From NCBI GenBank assembly GCA_040218735.1, contig JAVJQW010000062.1:256001-320000 (forward strand): 64,000 nt of DNA. The letters run 5' to 3'. How positions within the stretch are numbered: the first letter of the stretch is position 1; every line of letters begins with the position of its first letter. The notes beneath the pieces are model-generated. The model saw only the letters and a program-made list of their open reading frames with translations, ran no database searches and was not told the origin of the DNA. This document shows positions 27,821 to 35,541 of this stretch, one piece after another. The stretch comes from Deltaproteobacteria bacterium. Its GTDB lineage: Bacteria > Myxococcota > Kuafuiibacteriia > Kuafuiibacteriales > Kuafuiibacteriaceae. Made by a program: the position numbers and the translations under genes.

Positions 27821-29824
27821 TCAACGGGCCGGACGCGAGGTGAGCACCACCGAGAACTCGCGGTGGGCCCCGGGCGCGAGATCGAGATCGAAGGCGAGCA
27901 CCTCGACACGCCCGAGGAGCGTGGGGTGCAGGCCATCCTCCCGCCGGGTCGTCGCTTCGAGCGCGTACGTGTGGCGACGCTCGGCGTCGGCTTCGAGGGC
28001 GACCTCGACGCCGGACTCCGCGTCGACGACCGCGGTGACGTCGGCGCCCGCCGGCCCGACGAACGTGGTCGGGACCTCCACGACGAACGCGCCTTCGAGC
28101 GCGCCCTCGCCCGTGTTCGTGACGCGGTAGTCCACCGAGAGCCGCGCCTGCTCCATGTCGAGCGCGACGGTCTTCTTCACCGCGAGCGGTAGCCGCGCGG
28201 CGTCGGCCGCGAGGTCGAGCCGCACGGTGACGACGTCGTCGGAGTCCTCACCCGCGACGTCGAGTGATTCGATCGCGTAGTCCACGTCCGGGAGCCCGGA
28301 GCGGTCGTGGGCCTCCGCGTCCGCGAGGACGTCGGGTTCGGGGTGACGCGGCAGCACCCGGTCCACGAACAACGCGCGTGGGCGCACGTCGACCGGCCCG
28401 CTACGATACGGCTCGGCGTGTCGCGCGACGACGTCCGCGATCGCGAGGCCCGAGAGTTTGTCGTCGCAGTCGACAACGGTCCCGCCCCCGTGGGGACGCA
28501 CGACGACATGTAAATACCGGCTCTCGAGCACGACCTCTTCGCGGCCGTCGAGATCCAGGTCCTCTTCCTCGTACGCGACGTAGTCGTCCTCGCCCTGCTG
28601 GAGGGCGTCGAGGATCCGCTCCGCTTCGAGCAAGGCGGCATGCGCGCCGCGCCTGAGGTGCGCGGTGTAGATCCCGCCGAACAACCCGTGCCAGTAAACA
28701 CACGCGCTCTGGCCTCGGTACAGCGCGCGTTGCGCAGTCCCGAGGTGATCGCCGACCTCGTCGCTCAGGCCACCGCCTTCGCTCGCGTCGATCGCGACCT
28801 CCATCTCGCTCTGCATGCGATCCGAAACGCGGAGCATCTTCTTGTGGAGACGATCCGCCTCCGGGTACTTCGCGAGGAACGCACCGAAGTTGCGGCCCTG
28901 CACCCGCGGCGTCGCGACGTCCGCGAGCTGCCGCTCCTCGAGCGTCAACGTGGTGCGCTCGCGCTCCCGACTCGCGGCGGCGGGGAGCGCCCAGGTCATC
29001 AGCTCGTCGTAGGCGCCCTGCGCGAGGTACACGCGGCCCCGCGGTGGCGTGGACTCGAGGAGCTCGGTCGGGAGCTTGGTCTCGACGCGCCCCTGCGCCT
29101 GCGCTTCGTCGAGCGCCGCGAGGAACCGTTCGAGCCAGCCCTGCTCGAACACCCAGCGGTGGGTGTCCGGCCACAGCCCGAGCTTCTCGGCGTCGTCGGC
29201 GTAGACGACCGCGCCGTCGCCGGGGCTCTCGACGATCGTGCGGAGGACGTCGTCCGGTGCATTGAATGGAATCGCGTAGCGGAGGCTTCGGTGAATCGGG
29301 AACAGCGACACCGGCGCACCGGCACGCTCGGTGACGAAGTGCCCGCCGACCTCCTCCGCGGACAGCCCCGCGTCGAGGAAGTGCCGATCGTCGACGAAGG
29401 TGTACGCGAGCTTCTGGTTGAAGAGCAGGCGCGGGAGCTCCGGCTCCCAGACGCGCTCGGTCAGCCACGCGCCGCGCGGGCGCGCGCCGAGGTAGCGCTC
29501 GCAGAACATCCCCATCATCGCGAGCTGGCCGGTGGCGTCCGACTCGGGGATCTGGGTGAGGACCGGCTCGTAGAAACCGCCACCGAGCAGCTCGGCGCGC
29601 GGCGTGCTCACGAGGGCGCGGATCTGTTCCATGAAGTCCGGCGCGTGGGTCTTCAACCACTCCAGGAGCGCCCCCGAGTAGTGGAGCGTCACGCGGACTT
29701 CGGGGTGCGCTTCGAGCGCTTCGAGGAGCGGCCGGTAGCAGTCCGTCAGCGCGCGATCCATCACGTGTCGCAGGTTGTGCGGCGGTTGGTGGTGATGGAG
29801 GACGAAGACAAACGGGCGCGCCAT
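27821..29824 (-). CDS. GH57 4-alpha-glucanotransferase/alpha-amylase
   Basis: HHHQP, GGFYEP, WLTERVWEP (nucleophile E), DDAEKLGLWP (acid/base D) and YWHGLFGGIY. Confidence 0.92.
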   Translation of the reverse strand: MARPFVFVLHHHQPPHNLRHVMDRALTDCYRPLLEALEAHPEVRVTLHYSGALLEWLKTHAPDFMEQIRALVSTPRAELLGGGFYEPVLTQIPESDATGQLAMMGMFCERYLGARPRGAWLTERVWEPELPRLLFNQKLAYTFVDDRHFLDAGLSAEEVGGHFVTERAGAPVSLFPIHRSLRYAIPFNAPDDVLRTIVESPGDGAVVYADDAEKLGLWPDTHRWVFEQGWLERFLAALDEAQAQGRVETKLPTELLESTPPRGRVYLAQGAYDELMTWALPAAASRERERTTLTLEERQLADVATPRVQGRNFGAFLAKYPEADRLHKKMLRVSDRMQSEMEVAIDASEGGGLSDEVGDHLGTAQRALYRGQSACVYWHGLFGGIYTAHLRRGAHAALLEAERILDALQQGEDDYVAYEEEDLDLDGREEVVLESRYLHVVVRPHGGGTVVDCDDKLSGLAIADVVARHAEPYRSGPVDVRPRALFVDRVLPRHPEPDVLADAEAHDRSGLPDVDYAIESLDVAGEDSDDVVTVRLDLAADAARLPLAVKKTVALDMEQARLSVDYRVTNTGEGALEGAFVVEVPTTFVGPAGADVTAVVDAESGVEVALEADAERRHTYALEATTRREDGLHPTLLGRVEVLAFDLDLAPGAHREFSVVLTSRPAR

Positions 29825-29843
29825 GGCCGGGCGGGAATCTACC

Positions 29844-30075
29844 AGGTGGCCGACGAAAAAGACGCTCGGTCACGTCACAGCGGCCGGGCGCGGTCCACCT
29901 AGACAATAGGGGCTGGCGAGCCCCTAACGAGTGCCTCTGAAAGCCGGGGGGCCATTGGCCCCTCACTTTCGTATCGATTGCGAGAACGTTTCGAGGGCCC
30001 CCAACCCTCGTCCCTTTTCATCATCAACCCTTTGTCCCCGCTACCCTTACCCCTTGGGGGTAGCGGGGGCCCTTT
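29844..30075 (+). ncRNA. candidate structured non-coding RNA (six consecutive hairpins)
   Basis: Stems at 29844-29900, 29907-29926, 29946-29964, 29967-29985, 29992-30010 and 30034-30070. The non-canonical pairs are G-U on the plus strand. No family recognised. Confidence 0.35.
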
Positions 30076-30083
30076 GATCACAC

Positions 30084-30917
30084 TCACCCCAACCGGGCGA
30101 CGATCTTCGAGACGAGCGCGATGAAGTCCTCTTGGACGGCGGCGCCGGCGGCCTTCACTTCGTCGTGGGAGAGCGGCCCGGCGGCGAGGCCGGCGCCCTT
30201 GTTCGAGATGCACGACAGGCCGAGGACGGACGCGCCCATGTGGCGCGCGGCGATGACCTCGAGGACGGTCGACATGCCGACCGCGTCGGCGCCGAGGCGA
30301 CCGAGCATCCGCACCTCCGCCGGGGTCTCGTAGGACGGTCCGAGCAGACCGGCGTACACCCCTTCGCGCAGCTTCAGCTCGATCGACTCCGCGACCTCAC
30401 GCGCGACCTGGCGCAGGTCCGCGTCGTAGGGATCCGTCATGTCCGGGAAGCGCGGGCCGAGCGCCATGTCGTTCGGTCCGAGGAGCGGGTTCGTGCCGGT
30501 GAGGTTGAGGTGGTCGGAGATCAGCATGATCTCCTTCTCGTCGAAGTCCGGGTTCACGCCGCCCGCGGCGTTGGTGACGATCAGCCGCGTCGCGCCGAGC
30601 CGCACCATCACGCGGATCGGGAACACGACCTCCGACGCCGGGTACCCCTCGTACAGGTGCACGCGCCCCTGCATCGCGACCACCGGCACACCTTGGAGCG
30701 TGCCGATGACCAGGCGCCCCTCGTGGCCTTCGACGGTCGACGTTCGAAAGCCCGGGATCCGATCGTAACCGACCGTCCCCGCGATCTCGATGCCGTCGAC
30801 GAGACCGCCGAGCCCGGAGCCGAGCACGATCCCGAGCGTCGGCTGCGCGCCGGGCACGGCTTCACGGACGGCCTCGACCGCTCGCTGAATCACCACGGAC
30901 TGGGTTTCGTTCTCCAT
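30084..30917 (-). CDS. punA: purine-nucleoside phosphorylase (trimeric, PunA/XapA type)
   Basis: LGSGLG, GRVHLYEG, TNAAGG, GPSYETPAE, VGMSTV and SHDEV motifs. Confidence 0.95.
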   Translation of the reverse strand: MENETQSVVIQRAVEAVREAVPGAQPTLGIVLGSGLGGLVDGIEIAGTVGYDRIPGFRTSTVEGHEGRLVIGTLQGVPVVAMQGRVHLYEGYPASEVVFPIRVMVRLGATRLIVTNAAGGVNPDFDEKEIMLISDHLNLTGTNPLLGPNDMALGPRFPDMTDPYDADLRQVAREVAESIELKLREGVYAGLLGPSYETPAEVRMLGRLGADAVGMSTVLEVIAARHMGASVLGLSCISNKGAGLAAGPLSHDEVKAAGAAVQEDFIALVSKIVARLG

Positions 30918-30941
30918 GCGCGTCTCCCTCGGCGTCGCGAG

Positions 30942-32252
30942 CTACAGCTCGCCGAGCCGCTCCTTGATCAGCACCGTCGGCTCGGGTGCTTCTTCGGACA
31001 GCTCGATCGCGCCGAGGAGGATCTCCTTCGCGGCGGCGAGTTTGCCTTCGTCGTTGTAGTCGGCGCGCGCGATCGGCTGGCCGGCTTCGAGTGTGTCGCC
31101 CAGCCTAAAGCCGATATCGAACCCCACCGAGAGGTCGACCGCGTCGGAGGACTTCGCGCGCCCCGCGCCGAGGACCATCGCCGCCCGCCCGATCGCCTCG
31201 ACGTCGAGCCGCGACACGATGCCGGCGCGATCGATCGTCACGTCCTGCGTGTGTTTCGCGGTCGGGAGCTTGTCACGCGCGTCGAGGGACGCCGGGTCGC
31301 CGCCCTGGGCCTGCACGACCTTCCGGAGCTTCTCCAGCCCCCGTCCGTCCGCGATGGCGCGGCGCATTCGCGTCTTGCCGTCGTCGAGCGAGTCGGCGAC
31401 CCCGCCGAGCACGAGCATCTCCGCGCCGATCTCGACGGTGAGCGTGACGACGTCCTCGGGGCCCCCGCCGCGCAGCACCTCGATCGCCTCCCAGGTCTCG
31501 TTGGCGTTGCCACACGCACGACCGAGGACCTGGTTCATGTCCGTCACCAGCGCGCGGACCTTCTTGTTCATACGATCGCCGATCGAGATCATCGTGCGCG
31601 CGAGCGCCCGTGCGTCGTCGACCGACTTCATGAACGCGCCGGACCCGACCTTCACGTCGAGGACGAGCCCGTCGATCCCCTCCGCGAGTTTCTTCGACAT
31701 GATCGACGCCGCGATCAGCGGGATGGACTCGACCGTCCCCGTCACGTCGCGCAGCGCGTAGAGCTTCTTGTCCGCGGGCGCGAGCGAAGCGGTCTGCCCG
31801 ATCAGCGCGAGGTTGTGCTCGCGCACGATCTCCACGAAGCGGTCGTCGTCGATGTCCACGGTGAAGCCCGGGATCGCGGAGAGTTTGTCGAGCGTCCCGC
31901 CGGTGTGGCCGAGCGCGCGCCCCGAGATCATTGGCACCGGCACGCCGCAGGCGGCGACGAGGGGGGCGAGGCAGATCGAGATCTTGTCGCCGACGCCGCC
32001 GGTGGAGTGTTTGTCGACCTTCTTGCCGGGGATGTCGGCGAGGTCCATCACCCGGCCGGACTCGAGCATCGCGCGGACGAGCGCCGCGAGCTCGGCGCCG
32101 CTCATCCCGCGGAAGAAGACGGCCATCGTGAACGCGGCCATCTGGTCGTCGCCCACGTCGCCCTTGGTGTAGGCGTCGATCAGCCACTCGATGGCGGCCT
32201 CTTCCAGGCTGCCGCCGTCGCGTTTGGTGCGGATCAGATCCACGGCGCGCAT
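30942..32252 (-). CDS. pdp: pyrimidine-nucleoside/thymidine phosphorylase
   Basis: DKHSTGGVGDK, SGRALGHTGGTLDKL, SIMSKKLA and DVKVGSGAFMK motifs. Confidence 0.95.
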   Translation of the reverse strand: MRAVDLIRTKRDGGSLEEAAIEWLIDAYTKGDVGDDQMAAFTMAVFFRGMSGAELAALVRAMLESGRVMDLADIPGKKVDKHSTGGVGDKISICLAPLVAACGVPVPMISGRALGHTGGTLDKLSAIPGFTVDIDDDRFVEIVREHNLALIGQTASLAPADKKLYALRDVTGTVESIPLIAASIMSKKLAEGIDGLVLDVKVGSGAFMKSVDDARALARTMISIGDRMNKKVRALVTDMNQVLGRACGNANETWEAIEVLRGGGPEDVVTLTVEIGAEMLVLGGVADSLDDGKTRMRRAIADGRGLEKLRKVVQAQGGDPASLDARDKLPTAKHTQDVTIDRAGIVSRLDVEAIGRAAMVLGAGRAKSSDAVDLSVGFDIGFRLGDTLEAGQPIARADYNDEGKLAAAKEILLGAIELSEEAPEPTVLIKERLGEL

Positions 32253-32304
32253 CGTCCGCGTAATGGATCAGGTTCGCAGGGCGAGCGCAACCAGAACGCC
32301 GCTA

Positions 32305-33270
32305 TCAGAAGCCCAGGTCGTCGTCTCCGCGCGCGACGCCGCGCTCCTGCCGGTACAGGATCCCCGCCAGATCGATCCCCACGATCGGCAAGCCCTCCGC
32401 GAGGTCGATCGCGAGGAACAACGCGGGGCTCACGGGGCCGAAGTGGCCGCGAGCGCCGATGGTGAGCTGGACGGGCTGCGTGAGGTCGACCCCGGCGGCC
32501 TCCCCCGTCACCGCGATCGTGTTCCCGAGCTGGAGGTAGGGCTCGATCGCCGACACCGGCTGCACCGCGAGATGCACGAGCCAGTGGAACATCATCAAGA
32601 ACTCGGCGTCGCGCTGCGCCGTGAAGGCCGGCGCGAGGGAGAGCTCGACGAGGCCGGTGAACACGTTGACCGAGACCCCGGCCTGGAAGCGGGGGCGGAA
32701 CGTCATCAGGCGCGTCACGTACAGCTCGGGATCGTAGCTGCGGATGCTGGCGATCGCGTGCATCGGATCCGTCGGCGCCTCGAGCGCGAAGCCGATCGCG
32801 CGCGGCACTTCCGGGGCGGTCGGCGCGTAGACGTCGAACCCGAAGCCGAACGTGAGGTGCGGCCGGTTGCGGCTTCGTGGGTCGCCGGGGAGCGCCACGT
32901 CGAAGCCGCCCGCCAACCCGAGCTTGAAGTTGCCGATGAAGAACTCGTTGACCCCGGGCTTCGGCGCGTAGGCCCCGAAGGGGAGCGCGGCGACGATCGC
33001 GAGGCCGTCGGTGAGCCGCAGCGCGGTGGACAGCTCGAACGCCCACCGCACCGTCTCGCGCTGGACGTCGACCGGATCCGAGAACGCCCCGCGCGTCGTG
33101 AGGTGGAAGCGTGAGTAGCCGTGCGGGTCGAGGGTGTCGACGCTGACGAACGGGGGACGCAGGCTCACCAGATCGTTCGCGCTACCGAACTCGAAATCCT
33201 GATCGGTTTGCGCGTAGGCCGAAGCCGACGCGCCGAGGAGGACTACCGCGAGGAGCGACGCGCGATGCAT
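32305..33270 (-). CDS. predicted outer-membrane beta-barrel protein
   Basis: Signal peptide MHRASLLAVVLLGASASAYA, many alternating amphipathic beta-strands and a terminal Phe. Confidence 0.65.
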   Translation of the reverse strand: MHRASLLAVVLLGASASAYAQTDQDFEFGSANDLVSLRPPFVSVDTLDPHGYSRFHLTTRGAFSDPVDVQRETVRWAFELSTALRLTDGLAIVAALPFGAYAPKPGVNEFFIGNFKLGLAGGFDVALPGDPRSRNRPHLTFGFGFDVYAPTAPEVPRAIGFALEAPTDPMHAIASIRSYDPELYVTRLMTFRPRFQAGVSVNVFTGLVELSLAPAFTAQRDAEFLMMFHWLVHLAVQPVSAIEPYLQLGNTIAVTGEAAGVDLTQPVQLTIGARGHFGPVSPALFLAIDLAEGLPIVGIDLAGILYRQERGVARGDDDLGF

Positions 33271-33310
33271 CACGGACGGAGCATAACGCACCGCCTCGCG
33301 GAGCCAAGAA

Positions 33311-34186
33311 TCAGTACCCCTTGCCCCCGGTCTTGCACTGCACGATCGCGACAGAGCTGGAAGCCCCGATGCGGTTCGCACCCGCGGCGATCACCTTGTT
33401 GGCGTCTTCGATCGTCCGCACGCCGCCGCTCGCCTTGACCCCCAGCGCGTCGCCGACGACGTCGCGCATCAAGGCCACGTCCTCGGCCGTCGCGCCGCCG
33501 CCCGAGAACCCGGTCGACGTCTTCACGAACGCCGCGCCCGCCGCCGCGCTCAGCGTGCAGGCCATGATCTTCTCGGGGTCGGTCAGTTTGGACGTCTCGA
33601 TGATGACCTTCACCGGCGTACGTCCGGCGGCGTCGACTACGGCGCGGATGTCGTCGAGCACGTACTTGTGATCGCGCGACTTGAGGGCGCCGATGTTGAT
33701 CACCATGTCGATCTCACCCGCGCCGGCGCGGATCGCCTCGCGGGTCTCGAAGGCCTTCGCGCCCGGGGTCCCCGCGCCGAGCGGGAACCCGACGACCGCG
33801 ATCGCCTTTACGTTGGAGCCGGCGAGCAGCCCCGCGCAGTAGCGGACGTTGGCGCTGTTCACACAGACCGTCGCGAAGCCGAAGCGTTTGGCTTCGTCGC
33901 ACAGCACCTTCAGCTCGTCCTTCGTCGCCTCGGGCTTGAGCAGCGTGTGGTCGATCAGCGGCGCGACGTGGCCACACGGCGTCGCCTCGATCGGCCCGCT
34001 CGTCCCCACGCGCTTCGCGCCGAGGTTCACCGCGCCGATGACGGTGCGGGTGTCGCACTTGTCCGCGACCGCACACGACGCACACGGCGCCACGGGGCCG
34101 GCCATCGACGGGGACTGCTGCGCGATCTCCGCGCGCACGCGCTGGGTGATGATTTCGACGAGCCTGTCGACGTCGGTGTCCTTCAA
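33311..34186 (-). CDS. deoC: deoxyribose-phosphate aldolase with N-terminal encapsulation-peptide-like extension
   Basis: [43 protein letters not shown] and RIGASS motifs, plus a ~70-aa N-terminal extension. Confidence 0.95.
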   Translation of the reverse strand: MKDTDVDRLVEIITQRVRAEIAQQSPSMAGPVAPCASCAVADKCDTRTVIGAVNLGAKRVGTSGPIEATPCGHVAPLIDHTLLKPEATKDELKVLCDEAKRFGFATVCVNSANVRYCAGLLAGSNVKAIAVVGFPLGAGTPGAKAFETREAIRAGAGEIDMVINIGALKSRDHKYVLDDIRAVVDAAGRTPVKVIIETSKLTDPEKIMACTLSAAAGAAFVKTSTGFSGGGATAEDVALMRDVVGDALGVKASGGVRTIEDANKVIAAGANRIGASSSVAIVQCKTGGKGY

Positions 34187-34944
34187 GACTTCTCTCCTGC
34201 TAACGCCCGGCGGACCTCTTGCTCCACCACCGCACGCACGGCGTCCACGCCGGACGCGGCCGTGCTCACGGAAGCGGCCGTGCTCGCGGGCGCCGGCGAG
34301 CCGCGATGCAGGCCCGCCTTCTTCCTCAGTTCGGTCAGGTACGCGCGCTCGTCGTCCGCGAGCGGCGGCGGTGCTCCCACGCCTCCGCGCGCGATCGACA
34401 CGATGCGCGCGAAGTGCTCGACGAGCTCCACCCGAAGGTACGCGGTCTCCAGATCCGGGCCCACCGCGATGACGCCGTTGCCCGCCAAGAGCAACACGTC
34501 GGCGTGCGCGAACGCCGCACCGACCGCGCCGGCGGCCGCCGGATCCTTGGGGAGGAACCGCGGCACGAGCGGGATGTGCTCGCCGATCGAGACGAACACC
34601 TCGGGCATCGTCACCGGCCCCAGCGGGACCTCCGCGAGCGCAAACGCCGAAGCGTGCGGCGGGTGCGCGTGGATGATGGCCTTCGCGTCCTCGCGCGCCG
34701 CGTAGGCGCCGACGTGCAGCGCGACTTCACTCGGCGGACGACCGCGCGAGGTCGGCTTTCCGGCGGCGTTGCACGCGACGATCGTGTCCGGCGTGCAGAC
34801 CCGCTTGCTGACGGCGGTCGGCGTGATCAGGAAGCCGTCGCGCGACCGCAGTGACACGTTGCCGTCGTGGTTCGCCACGAACCCCTGCGCGTGCAGGAGC
34901 AGGCTGTACTCGGACACCTCGCGGCGCTGCTTGAGATCGTTCAC
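34183..34944 (-). CDS. class II aldolase/adducin family protein with C-terminal encapsulation-peptide-like helix
   Basis: [18 protein letters not shown] and IIHAHPP motifs. Ala/Ser linker followed by [16 protein letters not shown]. Confidence 0.92.
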   Translation of the reverse strand: MNDLKQRREVSEYSLLLHAQGFVANHDGNVSLRSRDGFLITPTAVSKRVCTPDTIVACNAAGKPTSRGRPPSEVALHVGAYAAREDAKAIIHAHPPHASAFALAEVPLGPVTMPEVFVSIGEHIPLVPRFLPKDPAAAGAVGAAFAHADVLLLAGNGVIAVGPDLETAYLRVELVEHFARIVSIARGGVGAPPPLADDERAYLTELRKKAGLHRGSPAPASTAASVSTAASGVDAVRAVVEQEVRRALAGEKS

Positions 34945-35231
34945 CGGGTCACCCCCGGGACATCGACGGTGTCGACGATGCCGACGATCGTCTCCAGGAT
35001 CGGGAGCGTCGCCGTCAGGTCCCCCACGAGGATCTGCCGCACGCCGTTGCCCTCCTTGAGGACGAGCACCGTGTCGCCGATACCGGCCTGCGCGTTGTCG
35101 ACCGCGATGATCTCGTCACCGCGATCCTTGCCGCGCTCGTCGATCGGCTGCACGAGCATCAGCTTGTAACCGACGTAACCCGGGTGTTTGGCCGAGGCGA
35201 CGACCGTGCCGACGACGCGACCGAGGATCAT
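34941..35231 (-). CDS. EutN/CcmL family BMC pentamer (vertex) protein
   Basis: MILGRVVGTVVASAK, KLMLVQP, AVDNAQAGIGDTVL and IVGIVD motifs. Confidence 0.95.
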   Translation of the reverse strand: MILGRVVGTVVASAKHPGYVGYKLMLVQPIDERGKDRGDEIIAVDNAQAGIGDTVLVLKEGNGVRQILVGDLTATLPILETIVGIVDTVDVPGVTR

Positions 35232-35506
35232 CGCCCCGCCTCGCGATCGACCTGGTCGACGATGCCCACGATCGCGGCGTCGACGGGCACGAACCGCACC
35301 GGCGTCGCGTGGGAGGCCTCGCGCGCGCTCACGCAGTAGACGTGGTCCCCGACCCCGGCCTGCGCGGCGTCACACGCGACGATCGGCGGCGCGTCCTTCG
35401 CGTTGCCCTGGCTGTCGAGCGCCTCGACGAGGAGGAGCTTCACCCCCTCCAGGCCTTCGTACTTCACGGACGCGACGACCGTGCCGATGACCCGCGCCAG
35501 GAACAC
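35228..35506 (-). CDS. EutN/CcmL family BMC pentamer (vertex) protein
   Basis: MFLARVIGTVVASVK, KLLLV, ACDAAQAGVGD and PVDAAIVGIVD motifs. Confidence 0.95.
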   Translation of the reverse strand: MFLARVIGTVVASVKYEGLEGVKLLLVEALDSQGNAKDAPPIVACDAAQAGVGDHVYCVSAREASHATPVRFVPVDAAIVGIVDQVDREAGR

Positions 35507-35541
35507 GCCCGCGTCCTAACGCGAAAACGGCGGCCGGTCAT

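Noticed and set aside
30132-32465. 777-aa plus-strand ORF (also 5879-8071, 25221-27035, 37333-40074, 56811-58352 and similar)
   Set aside because: These are antisense shadows of well-supported genes, expected at high GC3. They have Arg/Gly/Val-rich composition and no motifs.
34941-35506. Calling the locus an ethanolamine (eut) or carboxysome operon
   Set aside because: No eutBC, pdu or RuBisCO genes. EutN/CcmL is only the family name of the pentamers.
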